From positions 870 to 32,869 of the forward strand of contig ACYB01000027.1 of NCBI GenBank assembly GCA_000175855.1: a DNA stretch of 32,000 nucleotides, in the 5' to 3' direction. A model generated the notes under the pieces. That model saw nothing but the letters and a program-made list of their open reading frames with translations. It was not told the origin of the DNA and searched no databases. The first letter of the stretch is position 1. Each line of letters begins with the position of its first letter. The stretch comes from Raphidiopsis brookii D9 (lineage in GTDB: Bacteria; Cyanobacteriota; Cyanobacteriia; Cyanobacteriales; Nostocaceae). Position numbers and translations under genes: made by a program. Positions 1 through 8,516 of the stretch are shown here, in pieces.

Positions 1-9
1 GGATTGCAT

Positions 10-3000
10 TCAACCTCTTAATAAAAATGCTGTTAAGGAAATTTGCATACTGGTAGGTTTAATTCCTTCATCCAAAATTAGGTTTAACCTATCCGTATCT
101 TCGAACAACTGAATAATAAATTTCTCATCATCCAAATTTGATTTGTCCCCATCTGTATATTCCTTCAAAAGTTTTTGTACAGATTTTCCCTCTTTCCAGG
201 TATTCAGTTTTTTTAGTGTACCTTTGACCTTACTACGGTCTAACTTATCTGGGAAACTATCCAGCTTATTCAAACGACGTTGAATTTTGGTAATCCGTTC
301 TGAAGTGATATTAATATTTTCCAGGGTTTCTAGTTCTTTTAGTTCTGCACTACCTTGTTCCTTGAGTTTCACCAGTTCGTCATAAATTGATTCAGCTAAT
401 GATATTAAATATTTTGAAGAAAATACATTGTTAGCTGCTGGGGTTTTAATAGCAGTGGCGATCGCCAAACCATAACCATCTTTTTCTCCTGTGATATTGT
501 TCCAAAATAGGGTTTTTTGCTTATTTTTTATAAGTTCACCATTGGGTCCGAAATATTGCACTGTTAGTGCTACTAATCCGGATGGTTGGTTTGGTTCATT
601 GATTCGACCTAGAGCAATGGGATTTGGTTGGTAATCATCGCCCATTTTTTTTAAAAGTTCACTCAGCTCTTCACTGTGTAATATTTCATTTTGGGTATAA
701 ACATCTCGATTGGTTTCTTGTTTTTTATAAGCATCCTCCTGTAAATTACCTTGTTCCATTTTTCTAGCTTTAATGAGACTTTGGATAAAATCCACATATC
801 CTGGTAAAATTTCGCCATCAAATAATGTATCACCATAAATAGAAGATCCTAATGTACCGGTATCAGAAATAGGGGAAATATTGTAATTATATTCAAGACT
901 TGTCTTATTTTCCTGTTGTTGAGATATTTCTCCTACTAACTTTTTATGTAAATTTTTTAGGCGAGATGCTTGTCTTAATAGTTGACTTTCACTGTTAGCA
1001 TAGTAAACGTAAATATATTCTGCCTTATGTTGTTTCGGTCTATCAATCCTGCCAATTCTTTGCTCTAAAATCATGGGATTCCAAGGTAAATCAATATTAA
1101 TTAAATAATCCGCATCTTGTAAATTTTGACCCACCGATAAGGTTTCTGAACCAATTAATACTTTAATTTCCTCTTCTGCTTGAGGAAGTTCTTCAAGATT
1201 TTTACAGGTAGCATGTGGAGCAAATAATCTAAAGATACTTTGGCGATCGCAAACAACTCGACCTCGATTAGGTTGTAGTACATCAGCAGGATTTACTCTT
1301 TGTGGTTTATCTGAATTGTCGGGATAATATAATTTTGTGGAACCAATTAACATCCCAATACCCTTAGCTGCGATCGCACCATCACGGGTCATGTGATGAT
1401 AATAATCAATTACAGTATCGCTAAAGGTAGAAATTAGTAGTACCTTATGACCAAGTTTCACTAACTCACGAACTTTTTGGGTAACTTGTTGTTTTTTGTG
1501 ATCAACAAAAAACTCATTTTCTAATAGGGTGTGAATTTCATCCAATTGTTGTAAGTCTTTTTTACAATCATCCAGCATGCGATTATAAATCCTTTGGGCA
1601 CTGTCAGGATCATTCTGTAGATTACCTGTGAAAGTATCTATAGAACTTCTTAATTGTTGACGGTTTTGTTCTGGATTTACTTGATTTTCTTCTTCCTCCT
1701 CATCTTCATAATCCTCATCTTCATAATAATCTAAGAACTTGTCTGAGTTATCTTTTTTATCGGAGTTAAAATTATAATGGACTAGTAAAAACTCCTTTAG
1801 TCCCTCCCCATCAAAAGAAACTGATTCTAATCGTTTCTGCATTTGTTTAATCCGGTAACCAAAACTCTCAATAGTTCTACCCAAAGCATACATACTAGAT
1901 TCAGCTCTTTGTAAGAAAAAGCGGCGCTGGTTAGATAACAAACTACGTTGTTCCACATTACTGGTTAAATAACGAATAGGGTCAGCAAAAGGAATATATA
2001 AACTAGTTTCAAATTGGGTGAAAATTTGCTCTAGCGCTAATTCAGTACTCTCTTCAAATTGTACTGGTAACCATTCCGCCACTCGTTTGGCATACAAGTT
2101 TAAATCCGGAGTAGCTTCTCGTAGCATTTGCCTGGTCCGTTGAAGAAACAGTTCCCGATAGGTGCGGCGAAATAGTTCCGTATTGTCAGTAAAGTTTTCC
2201 ACACCAGTTTCGCGATTTTGAAACCAGTGGGTTACTTCTGGGGGGAAGTTTAAATCATTAAAACCTTCTGGACGACTAATAAAGGGTGAAAGGATATTAT
2301 AAATATCTTCTCGGCGATTATTCCAGGGAGTGGCGGTTAAAAGCAAAAAATAACGTTGCTTGCCAGTTTTTCTATCTTGTTCTTGTATCTCTAAACAAGT
2401 TTTGTGAATACGGTTTCTATAATTGCGAATACCTTCGTGGGCCTCATCAATAATTACTAAGTCGGGTCCCCCATAACGACCAAAGTCTGCCAAAAAACCA
2501 CCTTTACGACTCATGAGGTTTTTATTATAAAATTCGTAATCACGGGATTGAAACCCTAATTCTGCTAGTTCTCTTTCCCAGTTAGGATGAAGTTTTTTAG
2601 CAGCTATAATAGCAATTTTAGCTTGTGCATTTTGTTGAAAGTATAATTTAGCTACGGTAGCGGCTAAACGGGTTTTACCTAAGCCTACTGCGTCTGCACA
2701 CACAGCTACACCAAAATTTTTCATCACTCTTAAACAATGTTGAGCGCCTGACTTTTGGTGTTCAAAGAGGGTGCTATTATTTAACAGTTCATCTAATAAA
2801 TCACTGCGTTCTACTTGAAACTGTTGGGGTTTTTGCCGTGCTAACCAATAAAGAAAGTCACTAGGTGTGCCATGATTACCCGCTAAAATCATTTCTACTG
2901 CTGGTTTAAATCCCTCAATTTCTGCAAATTCAGGAATTTCTGGGGAATGAGTAACCACCGGAGGTTTTTTCGGTGCTATTTCATAACTTTGTTCAGTAGT

Positions 3001-4251
3001 TCTTACCTTAAACGCTTTTAAAAGTGTTGGTGGATGATTTGTGTTTATGGTAATTTGACCGGAAATACGCTCCGGTTCTTTACTATTAATGGTAACTTGT
3101 ACCAGGTCATTATCAACAATTTGGATTTCTTCTACGTGGTCTAGATTTTGACCGGTAATTTCAACCTTGGTAGTCTTTCCTGAGGGAACGGTGTGGGGAG
3201 TGATAGAGTCAATAATTGGTGTTTTTAATTGACTGCGACGTTCCTTTTCTGCTAGTACTTCCTGGAGGAATTCTAAACTGATATCAAATGCTATATCTTC
3301 CCGTTCCCATTCCTTATCAAATTGACGAATGTTCTCTAATATGGTTTCTGTATCTAGTTCATCCCAGGAATATAAAAAAGTGATACTTTCAGCATTTCGG
3401 GAATAAGCAGCGCGGGTCAAGTTGTCTGAACCATCGTGTTGAATATGATATCCTAGGGAGTCGCTGAGGATTCCTGTTTTTTTATGATAAATGGCTCTTT
3501 CTGAGTCCATTTTGATTAGTTTAATCACCATAAATCCTAATCTGACTAACTCAGCTAATATTTCTGTATGATCTAGTTCTCTATCTTTTAAATTTCGTAG
3601 AAACTCTTGTAAGGTGCGTTGGATAAACCGAGTGCGATAATTAGGGTCATGAAGTTTTTCCAGTTCTTGAATATCGGACTTTTTAGTAAATCCTTGCCAG
3701 TCCATTAACAAGCGAATTTTTCCTTCTGCTTGAATAATAGCAGCCAATGGTTCTTCATATAATTTCAGAATGCTACTATCAAAATAGGCTGTGGAACGAC
3801 GATAAATTTGACTGCGCTCTAATACTTTACTAAAAAATTTATGGTACTTATCCAAATCATTGGGCAGATTGAAGCGACGCTGACGACCAGAGATTTCTCG
3901 GAAACTACCAGTTAATAAAGCTTTTTCTTTGGTGACATTTTCTAGATCCAAGAATTTTTCAATAATATTCAGCTTGGATGTTCTCAGTAAGCTCGTGCTG
4001 GGTAAGTCATTTTGCTTGATGGGGGTATACGTAAAGACCTTGCCAGCTTTTTGGTCTATTCTTAATAGTTTATAAGTTGTTTGTTTTTTACTAGCACCTA
4101 AGAATCTAACAACTTTATGTAGCAAGTTATCTGCATCACGATGTTTAAAAACCAACCAATACTGATTCTCAAGCCCTTTTATGGGTGTACCTTGGATGAT
4201 GTAGTAAGGACGCTGTTTTCGGATCAGTTCTTGGATAAAGGTGTCCAGCAT
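10..4251 (-). CDS. PLD-family nuclease / IPT-TIG / SNF2-family (SF2) helicase fusion protein, 1413 aa, defence-type
   Basis: Uninterrupted 1413-codon ORF. One HKD motif, YHKKTGILSD...DGSDNLT (3415-3486). Ig-like segment PIIDSITPHTVPSGKTTKVEITGQNL... (about 3040-3219). Helicase motif I GLGKTRLAA (2659-2685), motif II IIDEAHEGIRN (2422-2454), motif III LLLTATPWNN. Helicase-C block LSVGQNLQDADYLINIDLPWNPMILEQRIGRIDRPKQ. Poly-acidic insert DYYEDEDYEDEEEEENQ (1681-1731). The ~130 aa N-terminus and ~320 aa C-terminus are unassigned. Confidence 0.8.
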   Translation of the reverse strand: MLDTFIQELIRKQRPYYIIQGTPIKGLENQYWLVFKHRDADNLLHKVVRFLGASKKQTTYKLLRIDQKAGKVFTYTPIKQNDLPSTSLLRTSKLNIIEKFLDLENVTKEKALLTGSFREISGRQRRFNLPNDLDKYHKFFSKVLERSQIYRRSTAYFDSSILKLYEEPLAAIIQAEGKIRLLMDWQGFTKKSDIQELEKLHDPNYRTRFIQRTLQEFLRNLKDRELDHTEILAELVRLGFMVIKLIKMDSERAIYHKKTGILSDSLGYHIQHDGSDNLTRAAYSRNAESITFLYSWDELDTETILENIRQFDKEWEREDIAFDISLEFLQEVLAEKERRSQLKTPIIDSITPHTVPSGKTTKVEITGQNLDHVEEIQIVDNDLVQVTINSKEPERISGQITINTNHPPTLLKAFKVRTTEQSYEIAPKKPPVVTHSPEIPEFAEIEGFKPAVEMILAGNHGTPSDFLYWLARQKPQQFQVERSDLLDELLNNSTLFEHQKSGAQHCLRVMKNFGVAVCADAVGLGKTRLAATVAKLYFQQNAQAKIAIIAAKKLHPNWERELAELGFQSRDYEFYNKNLMSRKGGFLADFGRYGGPDLVIIDEAHEGIRNYRNRIHKTCLEIQEQDRKTGKQRYFLLLTATPWNNRREDIYNILSPFISRPEGFNDLNFPPEVTHWFQNRETGVENFTDNTELFRRTYRELFLQRTRQMLREATPDLNLYAKRVAEWLPVQFEESTELALEQIFTQFETSLYIPFADPIRYLTSNVEQRSLLSNQRRFFLQRAESSMYALGRTIESFGYRIKQMQKRLESVSFDGEGLKEFLLVHYNFNSDKKDNSDKFLDYYEDEDYEDEEEEENQVNPEQNRQQLRSSIDTFTGNLQNDPDSAQRIYNRMLDDCKKDLQQLDEIHTLLENEFFVDHKKQQVTQKVRELVKLGHKVLLISTFSDTVIDYYHHMTRDGAIAAKGIGMLIGSTKLYYPDNSDKPQRVNPADVLQPNRGRVVCDRQSIFRLFAPHATCKNLEELPQAEEEIKVLIGSETLSVGQNLQDADYLINIDLPWNPMILEQRIGRIDRPKQHKAEYIYVYYANSESQLLRQASRLKNLHKKLVGEISQQQENKTSLEYNYNISPISDTGTLGSSIYGDTLFDGEILPGYVDFIQSLIKARKMEQGNLQEDAYKKQETNRDVYTQNEILHSEELSELLKKMGDDYQPNPIALGRINEPNQPSGLVALTVQYFGPNGELIKNKQKTLFWNNITGEKDGYGLAIATAIKTPAANNVFSSKYLISLAESIYDELVKLKEQGSAELKELETLENINITSERITKIQRRLNKLDSFPDKLDRSKVKGTLKKLNTWKEGKSVQKLLKEYTDGDKSNLDDEKFIIQLFEDTDRLNLILDEGIKPTSMQISLTAFLLRG

Positions 4252-4340
4252 TTGAGGTTAAAAATGTCTAAAAATCACAGGTGCGGTTTGAGGAAATAAT
4301 TATTTTGATTGTAGCAGATGAAAAATAACTAATGCAATAT

Positions 4341-6136
4341 TTACTCAATGGGCCAGTTTGGTATGGTTTGATCAATTGATCGCATGAGTTTAATAGTTTG
4401 CTGTAGTGCTATAACTACGCGCTGATAATGTTGAATATCATCATCAGTTAGGGTGCGTCCCTTACGATCCTTGAGCCATTTTTGACAAACTTGATAACCT
4501 CCTATATAAAAGTTCCAAACTTCTTCGGGTACTCCCAAAAATTTGTCACCTTTTTTGTTGATTAATACTGCATTTTGGGTATATTTAGGATATCCCGCAT
4601 CTACTATTGAATTACCTCCATTTGGGGTAAATTGGGTGATAAGGTTATTTAATTTGGGTGATTTCATGAGGTGCAGGGCTACTAATTGTTCTCCACATTC
4701 TGCAAGTTGACAAAATAGGTTATTGTTTCTGGTGAGGGGAACGCGGGGGAAGTCTATTTTCAGAAATTCAGCGTAGCGTGTGCGGTAGGTGGGGGAGTGG
4801 AAGATGGCATAGATATAGTAGAATATGGTTTCTGGTGTGGGGAGATAACCCAGGTTTATTTCTATTTTTTTGAGGAACTTTTCTGAAAAGTTGGGGCGTT
4901 TTTTTTGTTGCAGTTCTTGCGGTTGATTTGTGTCGGGGTAGAGGTAAAGGGGAAAAACAGTTCCTCCACCTCTACGAAAAATATTTTGATCTATAATTAA
5001 ATTACAAATAAAAATGACATCCCAATAAGTTGATCCTATTGCTGCTCCTTGTCTTCCCAAGACTATGCCATAATTCAGATATAGAAAATGTTGCATAACA
5101 CGATAATTTAATCGTGCCACAAATTCTTGATGGTAAAAGATAAACCTTTGATCAAATGGTCTAAATATTTCTTGCTTAATATAAGTTTCTATTTCTTGAT
5201 CTGTGATACATTCTCTAGCTGTAGAAGCATTCCATTTATCTTTATCAAATAATTGTAATCCAAAGATATCAACTACTTCTTGATCACTTTTATTGCTGTC
5301 TAGAAATTTTACTATGTTATCTTTGATTTCCTTAAATGAATAATTAATAACCAGTTTATCTCTCTTAGTAAGACATCCTAAAGAATATTCTTGCATAATA
5401 TCAGTAATTTTTAAAAACTGCCCATACTCTGCAAATAAATATGTATCTTGAGGAATTAATAAATAAAACTCAGATTTTGGTTAAACCTTAGAAAACTTTT
5501 AAGTAATGTATGTAAATATCCATTTTCCCGTTCTTGCTTGTAAGCGATAGGTATTACCTGCTCAATCTGACGAGCTGCTTGTGCTAATTTTAGGGCCAAC
5601 TCTTTGGCGGTCTTGATTGGTTCATAAAACACCCATTCCACTAAAGGAACAGACATCAGTACTTTAGTAGCAATAAATATTTCGTCTTGTGTAATTCTTT
5701 TTAGTCTAGACAGTAACTGCTCATCATCATAACTAAAAGTTTGAATTTGTTGCTGACGCAATTTACCTTCTCCAGGAAGGATTAAAGAAATCCTACCAGA
5801 TGACCCATTGGGTAAAATTAGATACATGACGGGTTGTTCCTCAGCTACTCGACTGATGTAATGACCGTAAATATCTTTTTGTTGCGCTTCCTCAGTGAAA
5901 AATCTTTTAGCCTCTAATTCACTTAAAGACACCAGTTCTTCATAAAAACCTACTGCAATAGGGCAAGTTTCCGCTGCTTCCTCTTCATCATTACCAGGAC
6001 GTAAATACCAAAACCGTGAACCTTCCCGATCCAGTTCTTTCACCGGATATCCTAACAATTGCCGTAATGCTTCCACACGAATTTTTTCGTCTTGGCTATT
6101 TCTGACAATTTGTAACTGTCCTGATGTGAAGGTCAT
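4341..6136 (-). pseudogene. Remnant of an N6-adenine DNA methyltransferase (Type ISP / Type IIG / DrmMI-PglX-like) with its catalytic core removed by an internal deletion
   Basis: The N-terminal ORF 5456-6136 (226 aa) ends ...ENGYLHTLLKSFLRFNQNLSFIY*. The C-terminal frame is open from 5480 (PKSEFYLLIPQDTYLFAEYGQFLKITDIMQEYSLGCLTKRD...) to 4341. That part carries hallmarks of the Type ISP C-terminal domain: YRPFD-like FRPFDQRFIFY, FPLYLY, HSPTYRTRYAEFLKIDFPRVPLT and YQVCQKWLKDRKGRTL. The two pieces are in different frames and overlap at 5456-5483. Neither piece has an (N/D)PP(Y/F/W) motif or a SAM-binding motif. The combined 577 aa is short for this family, whose members I recall being substantially longer (roughly 1000 aa; not checked here). 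Confidence 0.65.
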
Positions 6137-6316
6137 TTTATTCCTTTCTTTAATTTGTCTGAATGTTATAGAGTTAAAATGTTATAAACTTAGTCGGATA
6201 ATGATGTTATATGATCATAACACTACCCGAATCTACTTAGCAAGCTTACTTGCTTGTTTTTATTACGTTTTATTAAGCATTGGAGAAAGGCGATCGCTCC
6301 TCAGTCTAAACTCCAG

Positions 6317-8035
6317 TTAAAATACTTGAGCTAAAACGAATGCAAATGCTGGGAGTTGAAGATGGATTTCTCCTGTTGATAATTTAGTTGCTTCACCAGA
6401 CGTAACAACTAATATCTTTAGTTGAGTGAAATCTCCATAACCATGGGGAGGTTTAAAACAAAAGTCAAATATGTCCTTACCCATATTCATGGCAACCAGA
6501 AAAGAATATTTTTCAGCTGGATCATGAATCAGCACGCACCGAATTCTATGATTTTCGTATAGTAAGGTGCGTCTACCATTTTTAATTAATTTATATTGCC
6601 AACGAGTTTCAGCAAGTTTGTGAATCAGTACAAAAGTAGGGTGGTTTTTATTGTAGGGTTGAAAAGTTTTACGGTTAATTGGACCAAATTTCCAAGTACA
6701 GGCGGGATTATCAAACATATCTTCTCGTACGTAACAGTCGTGACCCATAGAATCTGGTTTTTTTTCATCCTCATGCCATCCTAATGCACCATCAAATTCT
6801 TGCTCTGTTCCTTGATAAATAGAAGGTGTTTGTGGTCCCAATATTAAACAAGCCAGAGCAAAATGTACGCGAATACGTGCTTGGTCTCGATTGTGAGTAC
6901 GATGTAAAAACTCGTGGAAAACCCTGCTGGTGTCGTGGTTGTCTAGAAACATAATATTATTTTGCCAACCAGCATAATAGGAATGTGATGGTTCCAGGAA
7001 CCCACAAAAATAATCTACCAAACTAGATAGCCAATTAGCATCACCCAATGAATGCTTAACTCTATAGTAGGTAGGATAATCAATCAAACCGGAAAATTTG
7101 GCCGAGTTATATTCAATCACCTCTTCGTGGGTGCTCCCCGCATGTTCAGCTATTTGCAAAAATTCTTTTTTTCCTAAAACGCTTGCATATCTTGATATTT
7201 CTTCTACGCAGGGTTCCCAAAAATCTAACCCAACGTGGCGTGCAGAGTCATAGCGAAAACCATCAATATCAGTTTCACCAATCCAGTACTTTAGATGTTG
7301 GATTAGTAATTCACGAACATAAGGGGTTTCAGTGCGCCAGTCCTCTAAAAAGCCAAATAGTCTTTGATTAACCATGTCTGTGTATTCTGGTCCATGAAAT
7401 AGCAATGTATTCCTTGCTTCTATGGGAAAAGGCATAACCGCAGATTCATCACCCTGTATGTATTTGAACTCTCCCTGTGGTGGTCCACCATATTCTGGCC
7501 AGTTAATGCTATCAGCAATGTGATTAACAATTACATCTAGAACAATGGCAATATCCAGTTCATGAGCCTTTTTGACCAGTTGACGTAAGCTGTGAATTGT
7601 ACCTAAACGGGGATCAATCATCAATAAGTGAATAGGATGATATCCATGATAGCCATCTGGAGCGTTGACGTATACGGGACTGAGAATAATTACTCTGATC
7701 CCCAGAGACTTGAGGTAATCCAAATGCTCGGTTACACCCGCAATTGTACCTCCATGACTTGAATGGGGACAAGAAAGGTCATAGTTAACTAAGCTTAAAC
7801 GACTACGAATTGGATGTTTGCTGCGGGCAAATCTATCAATCATGATAGAATAGAATAAACGTGAGTTCCAGTTTTTAGGACTGGATGTCATGGGTACAGA
7901 TGGTTTTGGTCCGTAAACATGGTGATTATTAACCATTCCCAAAAATACGGAGGGAATCTCTTTCATGGAGCGAGGAGCTTCATCGCAAACAAAACAAAAA
8001 ATGGGATATTTCACTGATATGTTCAACGCCATCAA
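6317..8035 (-). CDS. Alpha-amylase family glycoside hydrolase (GH13) catalytic portion
   Basis: GH13 conserved regions are present: DIAIVLDVIVNH (region I), IDGFRYDSARHV (region II, nucleophile Asp), a region III-like segment FLQIAEH, and MFLDNHDTSR (region IV). The listed ORF starts at TTG 8035 / ATG 8032. The true N-terminus is probably further upstream (see the 8048-8329 feature and the related finding). Confidence 0.85.
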   Translation of the reverse strand: MMALNISVKYPIFCFVCDEAPRSMKEIPSVFLGMVNNHHVYGPKPSVPMTSSPKNWNSRLFYSIMIDRFARSKHPIRSRLSLVNYDLSCPHSSHGGTIAGVTEHLDYLKSLGIRVIILSPVYVNAPDGYHGYHPIHLLMIDPRLGTIHSLRQLVKKAHELDIAIVLDVIVNHIADSINWPEYGGPPQGEFKYIQGDESAVMPFPIEARNTLLFHGPEYTDMVNQRLFGFLEDWRTETPYVRELLIQHLKYWIGETDIDGFRYDSARHVGLDFWEPCVEEISRYASVLGKKEFLQIAEHAGSTHEEVIEYNSAKFSGLIDYPTYYRVKHSLGDANWLSSLVDYFCGFLEPSHSYYAGWQNNIMFLDNHDTSRVFHEFLHRTHNRDQARIRVHFALACLILGPQTPSIYQGTEQEFDGALGWHEDEKKPDSMGHDCYVREDMFDNPACTWKFGPINRKTFQPYNKNHPTFVLIHKLAETRWQYKLIKNGRRTLLYENHRIRCVLIHDPAEKYSFLVAMNMGKDIFDFCFKPPHGYGDFTQLKILVVTSGEATKLSTGEIHLQLPAFAFVLAQVF

Positions 8036-8047
8036 TATCTATGTAAC

Positions 8048-8329
8048 CTACTCTATACTGATATCCCCCACCATTACCAATAGGGGAAGAATAACTGAAA
8101 ACATCTTGAAGCCATTTTCAATTATGCCTTCCGTTTGTGTTGTAATGCGATCTATATCACAATACCCCTTTCCATCATTCAACTCATAAACTACCTGTCC
8201 AAAATCCGGATGTTTAGACACATGAACTCCAAAGGTAATAGAGATTTTTTCTTGATTTCTAAACACCCAGTTATAGGGTGCAATATCTGGATCTAAGTGT
8301 ACTTCACAGTATTCATCAAAATAGTGCAT
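8048..8329 (-). CDS. Hypothetical 93-aa ORF, probably the detached N-terminal domain of the downstream GH13 gene
   Basis: It is in the same frame as the 6317-8035 ORF and separated from it only by two TAG codons (8048-8050 and 8039-8041). A third frame stays open across the gap. The last ~18 residues (MFSVILPLLVMVGDISIE) look like out-of-frame read-through. Confidence 0.45.
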   Translation of the reverse strand: MHYFDEYCEVHLDPDIAPYNWVFRNQEKISITFGVHVSKHPDFGQVVYELNDGKGYCDIDRITTQTEGIIENGFKMFSVILPLLVMVGDISIE

Positions 8330-8516
8330 GGTCAGAACTGGATTTACTAACAGTGTTTAGGTATTGCATATTTGCGGGATGATTTAAGATTTTCTCCTAA
8401 TTTGAAAAATTTCTCTTTTGTTCCTCGCGGCGATCGCCTGCTAAAAATTCTTCCGCTCATTATATATCATCCTGTGCAGGTGCAACGCCTGGAAAATCTA
8501 TGGTGACTGAGAATTC

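Noticed and set aside
6239-6264. Terminator-like hairpin on the + strand: AGCAAG-CTTA-CTTGCT followed by TGTTTTTATT.
   Set aside because: The stem is only 6 bp and there is no + strand gene upstream to terminate. On the minus strand no U-tract follows. It could end an antisense or small RNA, but nothing else supports that.
6126-6320. 64-aa + strand ORF in the spacer between the amylase gene and the methyltransferase remnant.
   Set aside because: AT-rich intergenic sequence, hydrophobic low-complexity translation, no Shine-Dalgarno and no recognisable family.
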